Notes: generated from the sequence alone by a model not told the origin. DNA of 64,000 nucleotides from the human T2T-CHM13v2.0 reference genome, Homo sapiens (GCF_009914755.1 NC_060925.1); one strand, 5' to 3'. Positions 12,251 to 24,914 are shown, numbered from the stretch's first letter. Made by a program: numbers and translations.

Positions 12251-12519
12251 TTCTAATCACATATAAGCCCAAAGTCAACTGGTCCCCATGGAGAAAGCAT
12301 TGATAGTCGGGAATCTTTTATTAGATAAAAGCCAGTGATTAAAATGAAGTGTGGGGATGTGCTGCTATTGAACCCACAGCTTCTAAATTTATCAACACTG
12401 GAACTGCTCATGCAGTATCAAGCCTCATGCATGGAACAAGGGGACAGGATACAGAAAGATGGGGCAAGACCTCCAGCAGAGTATCATGCATAAGCACAAA
12501 TGAAAATGGCCCTTGGGAA

Positions 12520-12735
12520 ATAATAGAAGCTAACTTTTATTGGGTGCTTTCCATGTGCTAGACCCAATGTAATGCAATGTCTTATTTAATACAGGCTTCC
12601 TATAATTATTCCAACTTTATCAGTGCAGCAATTGGGGTTTTAAAAGGTTAGGTAATTTTCCCAGGGTTACATAGCTGATAAATGACAATAGGGGAGCTCA
12701 ACTCCCTTTGTCTGATTTCAAAGGGCATGCTCTAG
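12520..12735 (-). mobile_element. MIR
   Basis: ttattgggtgctttccatgtgctag...aggttaggtaattttcccagggttacatagct. Confidence 0.6.
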
Positions 12736-12739
12736 GACT

Positions 12740-13920
12740 TGAGATTTCAGTTCTGACACGGAAAGAGCTTAGAAGCCATCACTATTGTTTTAAAACCAAG
12801 AAAAACATGGACATTGAAAGTCAGTGACTTCCATGGACCCACTGGACTTTTTGGATCCATCAGAAACGTGGTTACTGGGCAAATCAACATCGCAAATTCC
12901 GGAGAGACAGGCACATTAAAAGAGAAATGACCTACATCTTCATACCTAGCAACCAAGCCGCTGGAGCCACATACTGGTAGGAACATGTCAATGATGATTT
13001 TGATGAATTGCTAAACACTGAGTATAGACTGTTATGGATGTGAAAAATGCCAGGGAACCTCAGCCTCTGGTCCCCACACTTTCATGGGCTTTACCTTCAG
13101 GAGCTCCATCAAGTTCTCATGGTGAAGCTTCCATCATTGCTGTGGTTGGAAGGAATTATTGCAGTATATACCCAGAGCCTTCTCCATAACAAAGGCTTTA
13201 ACTCCACAGTAATAGACTTTATCCTCAGTTAAGGAAAGTATACTCCTTCCACTTTTGATCCCTTTAGCCTGCCAATCTCATCTAATAGAGAAAGAAATAG
13301 GACATAGGGGTCAGATCTTCAAGGAAATATATTGGGAATGCTGCAGCCAGGGAAGGATATTGGGAGATGGTGGGAGGGAGATTAGCTATGCCCCTGGAGT
13401 AACTTTGGGAAGACTACATCCCACTGTCCAGGGCTCACTAAGATACTGAAATTTAATCAGAAGATTATAGAATGCTCCCCTCTCTCACACTCTGCCCCCA
13501 CACCAACAGAGTCCCAGTGTAATAACAGTGGATTACAGCTGAAAAAGCTGTAAGACACAGAATCTCAAAGTCAAGAAGGAATACAACATCAAGGATGCCT
13601 ACATGCATTTTACACATGTGTGCACACACACACAGACACACAACAAATCTAGTCATATCATGTTCAATCTGCAGAAAATAAAAAACAGAGAAAATCTTGA
13701 AATTAGCCTGAGGAAGGAAAACACCTTACTTTTAGAGGAACAAGTGAAATAATTACAGTGGACTTCTGGTCAGAAATTATTCAAGCAGGAAGAGCAGGGA
13801 GTGAAATACTTAAAGTGTTGAATGCAAAGAATGCCAACATAGAATTCTACATCCATCAAAGTTATCCTTCAAAAGTGAAGATTTAAGTTTTTCAGGCAGA
13901 AGGAAGAGGTTATAAGTCAG
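12740..13920 (+). mobile_element. Old L1M (L1MC/MD-like) 5'UTR plus ORF1 remnant
   Basis: cccagagccttctccataacaaaggc 5'UTR-type motif; degenerate ORF1 segment gagaaaatcttgaaa...gacttctggtcagaaa...agaattctacatccatcaaagttatccttcaaaagtgaag. Confidence 0.7.
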
Positions 13921-14135
13921 AAAACAGGCAGGCAGACAGACCTAAGGCATATGTGTTATTAAAGGTATGGGCAGAGAGTCAGAAGATAGGAGCACTGAAG
14001 GAAGACAGAGGCAAAGTGAAGTATACAGATGATGATCCAGATAGCCAGGGTTTGAGGAGCTCAGAGTGTGGTCAGAATAGAAAAGATTGCTTAAAGCCCC
14101 TGCATGCCATCTAGGCTGAAAAATGGTTTATAATG

Positions 14136-14490
14136 TCATATGATTTGGCTATGTCCCCACCCAGATCTCATCTTCAATTCCCATGTGTTGTGGGAAGGAC
14201 TCAGTGGGAGGTAATTGACTCATGTGGGCAGGTCTTTCCTGCACTCTTCTCATGATAGTGAATGAGTCTCATGAGATCTGATGGTTTTAAAAATGGGAGT
14301 TTCCCTGCCCAATATTTTTTTTTGCCTGCTGCCATCCCCGTAAGATGTGACTTGCTCCTCCTTGCCTTCTGCCGTAATTGTGAGGCCTCCCCAGCCATGT
14401 GAAACTGTGAGTCCAATTAAACCTCTTTCTTTTGTAAATTGCCCAGTCTCAGGTATGTCTTTATCAGCAATGTGAAAATGGACTAATACA
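14136..14490 (+). mobile_element. THE1 5' LTR
   Basis: tcatatgatttggctatgtccccac...gtatgtctttatcagcaatgtgaaaatggactaataca. Confidence 0.95.
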
Positions 14491-14538
14491 GTAAATTGGT
14501 ACCAGAAGTGGGGTGTTGCTGAAAAGATACCCCAAATT

Positions 14539-15126
14539 GTGGAAGCAACTTTGGAACTAGGTAACAGGCAGAGATTGGAACAGTTTGGAGGGCTCAGAAG
14601 AAGACAGGAAAATGTGGGAAGCTTGGAACTTCCTAGAGACCTGTTGAATGTCTTTGACCAAAATGCTGATAGCGATATGGACAATAAGGTCCCAGCAGAG
14701 GTGGTCTTAGATGGAGATGAGGAACTTGTTGGGAACTGGAGCAAAGGTGACTCTTGTTATGTTTTAGCAAAGAGACTGGTGGCATTTTGCCCCTGCCCTA
14801 GAGATTTGTGGAATTTTGAACTTGAGAGTGATGATTTAGGGTATATAGTGGAAGAAATTTCTAAGCAGCAAAGCATTCAAGAGATGACCTGGGTGTTGTT
14901 AAAGGCATTCGTTTTTATAAAGAAAGCAGAGCATAAAAGTTTGGAAAATATGCAGCCTGACAATGCAATAGAAAAGAAAATCTCATTTTCTGAGAAGAAA
15001 TCCAAGCCAGCTGCAGAAATTCACATAAGTAATGAGGATCCAAATGTTAATCCCCAAGACAATGAAGAAAATGTCTCCAGGGCACATCAGAGGTCTTCAT
15101 GGCAGTCCTTCCCATCACAGGTCTGA
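14539..15126 (+). pseudogene. Remnant of the MaLR/THE1 internal ORF (195 open codons, starts at GTG, first in-frame ATG 14677)
   Basis: LELPRDLLN..DQNADSDMDN..DGDEELVGNWSKGDSCYVLAKRL..FCPCPRDLWNFELE is the characteristic THE1-int translation. Confidence 0.8.
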
Positions 15127-16061
15127 AGGCCTGGGAGAAAAAAAGTGGTTTTGTGGGCTGGGCCCAGGGTCCCTGTGCTATGTGCAGCCTAGGGACTTGG
15201 TGCCCTGTGTTCCAGCTACCCCAGCTGTGGCTGAAAGGGGCCACTGTAGAGCTCAAGCAGACCATGGCTTGAGAGGGTTCAAACCCCAAGTCTTGGCAGC
15301 TTCCAAGTGGTGTTGAGCCTGCAAATGCACAGAAGTCAAGAATTGAGGTTTGGAAATCTCTGCCTAGATTTCAGAAGATGTATGGAAACACCTGAATGCC
15401 CAGCCAAAAGTTTGCTGCAGGGATGGGACCCTCATGGAGAACCTCTGCTAGGTCAGTGTGGAAGGGAAATATGGGTTCGGATCCCCCACAGAGAGTGCCT
15501 ACTGGGGCACCACCTAGTGGAGCTGTGAGAAGAGGGCCACCGTCCTCCAGATCCCAGAATGGTAGACCCACTGACAGCTTGCACCGTGAGTGTGGAAAAG
15601 CTGCAGACGCTCAACACCAGCCCTTGAAAGCAGCCAGGAGGGATACTATACCCTGCAAAGCCACAGGAGTGGAGCTGCCCAAGACCATGGGAACCCACCT
15701 CTTTCATCATCGTGACCTGGATATGAGACATGAATCAAAGGAGAGCATTTTGGGGCTTTAAGATTTGACTGCCCCACTGGATTTCAGACTTGCATGGGGT
15801 CTATAGCCCCTTTGTTTTGGCCAATTTCCCCTATGTGGAATGGCTGTGTTTATCCAATGCTTATTACCCCCATTGTATCTAGGAAGTAACTAACTTGCTT
15901 TTGATTTTACAGACTCATACTTGCCTTGTCTTGGATGAGACTTTGGACTGTGGACTTTTGAGTTAATGCTGAAATGAGTTAAGACTTTTGGGGACTGTTG
16001 GGAAGGCATGATTGGTTTTGAAATGTGAGGACATAAGAATTGGGAGGAGCCAGGGGTAGAA

Positions 16062-16417
16062 TGATATGGTTTGGCTGTGTCCCCACCCAAATCTCATTTT
16101 GATTTCCCACATGTTGTGGGAGAGACACAGTGGGAGGTAAATGAATCATTGGGGCAAGTCTCTCCTGCGCTGTATCTGTGAGCGTGAATGAGTCTCATGA
16201 AATCTGATGGCTTTAAAAATGAGAGTTTTCCTGTACAAGCTTTTTTTGCCTGCTGCCATCCACGTAAGATGTGACTTGCTCCTACTTGCCTTTCACCCTG
16301 ACTGTGAGGTCTCCCCAGCCATGTGGAACTGTGAGTCCAATTAAACACTTTTTTTTTTTTGTAAATTGCCCACTCTCGGGTATGTCTTTATCAGCAGCAT
16401 GAAAATGGACTAATACA
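16062..16417 (+). mobile_element. THE1 3' LTR
   Basis: tgatatggtttggctgtgtccccacccaaatctc...ggactaataca, preceded by a purine-rich tract. Confidence 0.95.
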
Positions 16418-17432
16418 TAATGCTTTCCATATTCCTGGCATTGTCTTGTATTAAGGTAAAAAAAAAAATGAATACGATGTGGCCCATACACCTAGGAAGC
16501 TATGCTCCAGAAAGAGGCGAAGACAAACTGTTATCACCCAGTTCATTGATTTGTTCAACACAGGATTTTTTGAGTGCTGACTTTATACCAAACAAGGTAG
16601 TAACTGCCAAAATGAAGAAGTCTAGAAAGTGCTATGAAATCACAAGTCGGGGAGCAAATATAATGCCTAGGATTGTGAAGGAAAAGTATACATGGATAAC
16701 AGGAGAGTTAGGCCTAGAAGGAGTAGAAAGTAACAGATAAGAAGCTGAGCAAGCAACATAGGCTGCCAGAATGTAAACAATTTGAATGGCAGACATGGAG
16801 CACTAGAAATATCTGATTTAGAAAATTTAATGAATATTTTATACTTTGTCTCAAATCAGTCTTCATGGATTATATAGCAAGACCCAGATCAAAGACAAAC
16901 AGTAGATTGGAATGGAAATGAATGGGTGGGACAGGTTTGACATCTCATTTTGAGTTTAAATATCAGATCTGAAGTACTCCACATTGTTCTACCATTTTTT
17001 GGAATTAACACCTGAGATTAAGCCTACTGGACATTCTTTATCCAAGCAAGAGTAAGAAGGCTGTTTTCTGGAGGATTGCTGTCTCTTGGCCAGAGATTAA
17101 ATCCTATCATTCTGAAAACCACAGCAATGATAGATAAATAATTCGACCAAAATCCAAACATTGAGAGCTCACAATTTGTTATTAAGTCTATCAGACCCCT
17201 GACTGGTATAGGCCACTGGAGCCATGATGTTTAGTTATACTAAAGAGAGAACAAGAAGCCATCACTGACTTCTGGTCAGGTTGGCTTAGAGTTGGGGTGT
17301 GGGGCAGAATAGATTAGGACAATAGCTTGGGACAGGTGGTTAAATAAAAAAAAAATGTCCTTGATAGTGGAGGTGGATCTCAATATGAAATGAATCATGA
17401 AATAAATTGAAGATAATACTAGGATCTCTATA

Positions 17433-17632
17433 ACTGTTCTGTTCAACAACAAGGTCACTAGCCATTTAAATATAAATTTGAGGTAATTAAAATTACATAA
17501 ACACACAGATCATCAGTTACACTAGTCACACTTCAAGGGTTCAGTAATCACATATACCTGTTGGCTACCATGTTGGACATCACAGACATAGAACATTTCT
17601 ATCAATGCAGAAGGTTCCATTACACAGTAATG
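17433..17632. mobile_element. MER3-like hAT-Charlie DNA transposon
   Basis: cactagtcacacttcaagggttcagtaatcacat...tggctaccatgttggacatcacagacatagaacatttctatcaatgcagaaggttc. Confidence 0.75.
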
Positions 17633-19544
17633 TTTTGATGTATGTGAGGTATGATGATACAATAGAGAAATGCAATTAATGTCTTTCAGAAACAACTACA
17701 AAATTGCTTTTTTTTAAAAAAATGTTTATATTTTGGAAGTGAATATAGTAAAGGTCTTGCAGCATAATGCCGTACTTTGCCAACAAACAGTTTTAGGGAT
17801 GTTTATCCCTTTTGAGTGGAATATCCTTATTATTTTTTTTTTTTTTTTACACATTACGATATTTAGTTTTAGTGAAGTCAGGTCACTTCACACTAGCAGT
17901 AAATGGTGACGGTCAGTAGTTGAAGTCACGCTGCTTAACTCCAAAGCCAGTGTACCTGACCTTTGCACTCCAGAAGAGCCCAGAAGCCACCTTTGGGACT
18001 GAGGGGCCACCTGTGGTGTAGTAGAGGGCAGACATCTCTGCCTGTTTATGCCAGAACTGAACTTAGTAGTGAAGGTGTCCATTCTGCTTGTGCAGTGCCC
18101 TGCTGCAGCAGTCATTTGATGTTGTAATATCAGTTTTGCCAAAAAATGTGCACATTCCTCTGCAAATCCTTCTTGTTCTCTGAAAAGCATTGCATGTATT
18201 AAGTGCTCTTCATTAATACCTGGCTATCTGTTGGGTGTTCATGAGTCCAGTTTGATTTTCATTGTTCAGTTAGTGAAAAAAGGTGAACAAACTATATGCA
18301 ATATGAACACACTAGGTTTTTCTGTAGTGAAGATTGATGTAAATTTAACCAATTAAAATATTTTAACAAATAATTTTGCTGCCATATGCTGGAAAAATTG
18401 CTGAATTTCTCAGTTAATCAGAAATTATGTGAATTTCCTTCATTTAACCTAGGCTCTGTACTCTTAGTTTCTTAGTTTCTTTTTTTGGGAGATGACAGAT
18501 CTAAAACGAATTTCTTTAAAATCACTTCGGATTTTTTTTTGAAGTACTAATTACATGATTCCCTTACTTTTTGGAAGTAACTATTGAGATTTCTTCATTT
18601 AAAAATATTTTTAATAGTAATAAAGCAGATCCTTACTAAATATTTTGGGACTGAGGAATTTCAGATAAAATGCAGTTTTCAGGCTGTGACATGGACCTTC
18701 TACTCTTTTGGAAAGCTTTGGATCATTTGTGATTGACAGTTCAAAAATACAGTGATATGTTTTGTCTAGCCCATGTCATGCTGGAGAATACTAAATCAAT
18801 AGTAATGTTATCAAAACCAGAAATCAAATGCAAAATAGTTCCCTTAGTTTCCTGCATAATGACATTTGCTCTTTTGATAAATTACTAATGGGTTCTTGGA
18901 CAGGAGACCTCCTGGAACAGCCAAGCCTGGGTATAAATGGAAAGGAGGAAGCGGTAATATTTACTATACAGAAAAAAATTGCCTTCAGTTAATGTTCTGT
19001 ATAATGTCCAAATATAACTGAATTCCGCATTGTGATAGGATATTAGTAAAGAGGCCAAGAACAAGCTAACCATAAACCACAGTGTTTTAACCCTACTAAA
19101 AGTAGTTTAGAGCGTCCTGCACTAAATCATGCATCCTACAACCAGAACAACTCAAACAGGACAAAGCATCAGTGACCAAAGCAACAGAATGCCAATAGTT
19201 GTGCCACAGTTCTACCTGAAATACCCTGTTCCCTCAAGAAAATGCAGTCATTGGCACAAGGGCATCACTACTATACCATGTTTTAAAAAATTTGATTGCT
19301 TAATTCAATTTGGGGGATAACTTGATGCCAGGAACATATTTTAGGGCAAAAAAAGTCGGGAGGGAGTCATATAATTGTCTTTAAAATCTTGAACCATCAG
19401 TTTTACTTTAACTTCTCGAGAAAAAAAATCTTGAACTGACTTAAAAGAGTTGTGACCTCCTGCATCACCGTGCTCACAGACGTTTTAGTTAAAGTTTTGA
19501 TTATGAAATGTATCATACATATATTAGAGTATGTTTGATCTTTA

Positions 19545-19864
19545 GGCCGGGCATGGTGGCTCATACCTGTAATCCCAGCACTTTGGAAGGCCAAGTCAGG
19601 CAGATCGCTCAATGAGCCCAGGAGTTCGACACCACCTGGACGTCATAGCAAAACCCTGTCTTTACAAAAATACAAGCATTATCTGAGCGTGGTGTTGCGT
19701 GCCTGTAGTCCCAGCTACTTGGAGGAGGGGGGGTGAGGGGATGGGGTCAGAGGAGTGGTTGGGGAGGCTTGAGGTGAGAGAATCCTTTGAGCCCAGGAGG
19801 CAAAGTTTGCCGTGAGGCAAGATTACACTACTACACTCCAGCTTGGGTGACAGAGTGAAAAAAA
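19545..19864 (+). mobile_element. AluJ with a ~40-bp G-rich insertion in the right arm
   Basis: ggccgggcatggtggctca...; J-type gagcccaggagttcga and tttgagcccaggagg; near-perfect TSD aga(g/a)tatgtttgatct at 19526-19541 and 19865-19880. Confidence 0.9.
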
Positions 19865-20849
19865 AGAATATGTTTGATCTCGCTCTCTCTCTCTTTATCT
19901 CTCTCTCTCACTCTCTCTTTCTATATATGCATATATTACCTAAAAATTTTTATGAAGTATATCCAAACACCGTCTAACTCAAAGGCTTTAGGAATCTGTG
20001 GTAAGAGAAAGTCTTCCAACCACATAGTTGTATTAAATAGTATAACAATTGCAGATTAGCCTCTGAGCTTTACTGAACACCAGATAATACCATGTAAGAT
20101 GTGTTAGGTAAAACAGCAAACCAGTCTGTTTCCTACACTTGTGGTCTACAAAATGAACATACCTAAAGCTTTGGATTCACTGTCATCCTAACCTTGTGCT
20201 GTACTTATAAGGTAGTTGCTGTATTTTTATATAGAAAATGAATAGGAAGACTTGCTTTGCTGCAGTAAACAAAAGATCTCTTCCCTCTCTCCACTTGACC
20301 ACCTCCTCTCCCTAATGTTGTGGCTGGAGCTCACTGAGCTGCCGAAGTGGGAACATTTGTGCTTTGAAATACCTTTGTTTTGTTGGATTTATAATTTAAA
20401 GGGGAAAAATTTTTATACTGAAGAGTTGAATGCAACCAGAGAACAAAATAATAAAAAGCCTTATTTGAGAAGAAATAATTCTTTGGAGTAAGAGGTTAGC
20501 ACATGTCAATATGTCATATACAGGGAAAGTGAGCTTTTGATTACTTAGAGGTAAGGTTGCCAGAGGGTTTTTGATTTAAATTTCTAAGGCTTGATCAGAG
20601 CATCAAGGGGTTTGTTGAAAATCCTCGTAACTTGTGAACTTGACTTTTATTCCTTTGAAAAATTATACAAAATATTTTTTGCCCACATTTATATTCCATG
20701 TGGCATGTTTCTCCTTGTAGCTTTGCAGCTATTCCTGTGCAGGCTTTATACTTGTTATAACATCAGTGGTTGAATTGAATTTGAACATTGCTAGAAAAAA
20801 AGCAGAAAGTTTTGAAAGAGGAAAAGTGACCCAAAAGTTGGCTCTAAAA

Positions 20850-21075
20850 ATGTTTCAAGCTTGCAGAATTCCAAGGAATAACCTAAATGAACACGAATAG
20901 GGACTATTTAAATAAGTCATGGCACAACCTTAAAATGGAATCCTATTTGCCGGCTTAAAAGATCAGATCCAAGCTATATTGAATGAAAAAGAAAAGTCCC
21001 ACCACTGTTAAATGCCTTGGTTTGTTCATTCAATATTTTGATGTACCTACACATAGAATATATTTCAATGACAGA
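20850..21075 (+). mobile_element. Old L1ME-like 3' fragment
   Basis: aacctaaatgaacacgaatagggactatttaaataagtcatggcac...aatggaatcctat. Confidence 0.5.
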
Positions 21076-21100
21076 ATTGTATAAGTTGGTTGTGCTGGGG

Positions 21101-21270
21101 TTTTTTTTGTTTTTGTGTTTCGTTTTTTGAGATGGGCTTTCACTGTATTGCCCTGGCTAGAGCGCACCAGCTGTTCACAGGCACGGTCGTAGTGTGCACT
21201 GCAGCCTTGAAGCTGTCCTGCCTCAGCCTTCCAGTAGCTGGGACTACAGGTGTGTGCCACCACAGCTGGC
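21101..21270 (-). mobile_element. FAM (fossil Alu monomer) with a small internal deletion
   Basis: Monomeric; retains the 7SL-like gctgttcacaggcacggtcgtag segment that dimeric Alu arms lack; T-rich tail 21101-21128. Confidence 0.75.
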
Positions 21271-23244
21271 TTCTTATGCTGCTCTAGAGAGAGGGAAAGG
21301 AGCTATGTCTCAACAGACTGAGAGTTTTCGTTTTTTTTTTCAATATATGACTCTGCACTCGAATCATTTTAATGTAAGGATAGATATACCGATAGAAGAA
21401 AACTATTCAGTTCCTTATGCCCTCACTCTTTAAATATATTATTTTTCAAATTTTGTTAAAACTAGGCATTTTGTCCAGTGAAGTAAAGTGGCTACAGAAA
21501 ATGTTAGGAGATTTTGTTTTATTTTGACATGAAAAATGAAATTACAAACAAACTTGGAGGCAAATTAACCACTTAGCAATAGAGCATCTTTCAATCCATG
21601 GCAATAATTGCTGGAAGCTAAAAACATGCTAGTATAATAAATACATTTGAAAAATACACCTATCATTGCCGCTAATGTGTAGGTTACTAACTTTATATAT
21701 AATGTTGCCTGTTGTTTAGTTTTATATATTTGCTTTATATACATAGAAACCAATAAACAAGAGTATGAGTGTTACCTACATTTGCTTATCCTGTGGAGAC
21801 AAAGTACTAATAAAATAGATACAACTTAAAAGTTTGAATGATTTATTTTTCTCTTATGCTGCCTGTAACTTCTAAAACTCATGATTCTGAAAAAGTAAAA
21901 AGTGTTGACAATTTTGTTTCCCCTCCAAATCCCCATCATTTTAACTTGTTCTGAAATGTGCCACGTGAGGTATCCTGTATTATGTGCCCGCATCTGCTGC
22001 TCCATACAAACCGATGCTGCTGTCTTAGAAATAATAGGCCCCCTTTTATTCCCTAATAGACACTGCCATTATGTGAGATCATGTTCAAGCTTTAAATTTT
22101 TCCACTCTGTATTTCTGTTTTCAGTTTATCTTATGGAATAAATGGTCCATTATTTCAGTAATTTTGTATATTGTTATATTTTTGAGTTTCCTTTCTCTGT
22201 GTCTCCCTCTTCCTTCCTCCTTCTCCTGCCAGCTCAAGGTGTTCTCTCCCTTCTTCTCTGTCTGTCTGTCTGTCTGCCAATCTAGCTCTCTCTCTTACAC
22301 ATGCCTTACACAGATCTTCTGAATGAGGTGAAGAGTGTGGCGCGAACAGCAGGACCTTGACTGTGGCACGGTCTGGACTGTGCATCTTGCACTGGAGAAT
22401 TTAGCTGTCACTTTGGAGCCTGATAGAACTAGTGTGCAATTCACATGCCCCAAGTCCTGAAAGGGAAACTGCATCTGGTGTCAGCGCAGTTCACTGATAA
22501 GATTTTATCTTTTCTCCTGCTGATACTGATAGAGCCATAGCCAGGTGAGCAGTAAATAAAGAAGATTTATTGTGGGCTGGATTTGTTAGCTAACAGAACT
22601 TTCTCGGAACTGTATCAAAAAAAGACCCATAAGTGTTCATCTTTCACATCTATAGAGCTCAATAATGAATGATGTGGTGGGGGAGGGACAGCGGCAGGAA
22701 TTTATCCAGGCAAATTCCTTTTAAACAATAAACACTTCATACACTATCAGGCTAATCTGAATAGATGACTAAAAATCCAGTGGTTGATAAATTATCAGCA
22801 TGGCACCTGCATCTTATGCTTGAAAAACCTTGAGCAAACCCAGGGCTATACTTGTGGATTAATTGAGCATGCATAATTTACCACTGCAGTTTACGTAAGT
22901 GTAAGTATTTTTCTCATTCTGGTAAATAGGCATTTCCAGCTTCAGGAGAAAAATCAGAATGTTGCTGTACAAAGAAATGAGCCATCAGCCTATTTGGCTA
23001 TTATAAGAAAAAAGAATCTCTGCTCTTGCCACCACTGCTTAGTTTTTAAATTGAAATGATTTTTCAAGTTTAATTTGCTTTTCTCCATTTATGTATATTT
23101 CTTTTTATTCATATTTATTGTCTTGCTTTTACTATTGTTTGTAATCAATACTGTTTTCTTAGTCTAATTTGATGCTACTTATTTGAATGATTTACAGAAC
23201 GTTAATCTAGGAAAATACTTTCATTGCAGTTGTTTTATGTAGCC

Positions 23245-23480
23245 AAGGGTGAAAAGCAAATGCGTAGGGATTAAGAGTCACAGAAACACATCAAGGTTTG
23301 AATGGCTTGCTGCGTATTATCACCCATGCGCTTTTTAATTAGGTGTTAATACTAAGTCACTATTTTCTCATCTATTAAATGGAAGTAATACCTATCCCAA
23401 AAATTGTTCTATTACATGTTATAATGAATAAACAGCCTCATTTAAAGCCAGAAACATACTAGGTGGTCAATAAATGATAT
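23245..23480 (+). mobile_element. MIR
   Basis: tattttctcatctattaaatggaagtaatacctatcccaaaa...catactaggtggtcaataaatg. Confidence 0.55.
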
Positions 23481-23596
23481 GTATCCTTGTAATTCTCTTA
23501 TTAAAACAAAATTTATTTCATATATATCAGCTGTAAATTTTACATCCCTAGATTAGTAGTTTAAAAACATTTGTTGCTATAGGAGATTTTATTTAA

Positions 23597-23891
<295 letters not shown>

Positions 23892-24914
23892 TTTATTTAA
23901 TTATTAGTAGTAGGCTATACAATATAAAGTCAATATGAGAGTTTTATTCTCCTTGTTTAAGCAAAAAAAAAAAAAAAATGTCCTTGTGGGAAAGGAAAGC
24001 TTAAATGCAACTGTTTTTAAATGATACTATTATAAATATATTAATCCCTGTTTTACAATGGGGAAATACCTTTAAACCTCAATTGATGTAGTAGTCATAA
24101 TCGTGAGTGGCTGGGTTTCCATTTGATTTTTCTCATCTACTCCTATTTCCTGTAATATAATATATACATTATAATTTTAAAAATGTGTTTTACCTATGCT
24201 TAATTTTTTATTGCAGTAGCTACTAATGCTGAAATCTTAAATTTTGCAATCTCAGAGCCCCTGTATAGTAAGTTATAAAAAATGTAAATATAATAGGAAA
24301 ACTGACTACTTAAAGGAGCTTTTCAGTGAATCACACATAAAATCCAAGATCCTGTTTATAACAGAGGTTAAATTTATTTATATAGTAAATCTAATTTTTC
24401 ATGATATACAACACCCATATGTAAATTGTAATAGCCATCGTACGCTTCCTTTCTTGGTGAGAACTACAGCTATCAGCCAGGCATCGGGTTATTCCTATAA
24501 AGACATGTCACATTATCTGCCACTTCTCTGTGGCTTTATTGATGTGGCTGTCACCCTAGAAACCCAGCGGATTCGGAGATGAGGCTGTCTTCCTACTTGA
24601 TTTTTCACTAAAGTACATTTGAGGAGACCACTGTGAGGCTCTGGTGGAAGAAGCCGAAAGGGTAATTCTCCATAAGAATAGTTGTAACCTTCTGAGACTT
24701 TGTGTCTGCACTCATGCAATTGGTCATTTCCTGAATACTAAGTGGGACTTGTCGCACCATTAATCATGCCACAACAGCACCCTCAATCTTGCTTAGAAAT
24801 AATCATTACTTAATTAGCTGGTCTTTTCTTTGTGTTTCTATCTCTTTCAGTCGTAAGTTTAAAATGAGGCTACAGAGTGATGAAAAGGAGAGAAACAAGC
24901 TAAGAAGATCATGT

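Larger units (their letters stand above)
14136..16417 (+). mobile_element. Full-length THE1 (A/B-type) MaLR provirus: LTR-internal-LTR
   Basis: Two homologous ~355-bp LTRs ending ggactaataca flank a ~1.57-kb internal region; 5-bp TSD TAATG at 14131-14135 and 16418-16422. Confidence 0.96.

Noticed and set aside
14250-14744. 164-aa minus-strand ORF
   Set aside because: Antisense shadow of the THE1 LTR and internal region
18005-18032. CTCF-like words (ggccacctgtggtg, gtagtagagggcag)
   Set aside because: Each departs from the core CTCF motif at high-information positions
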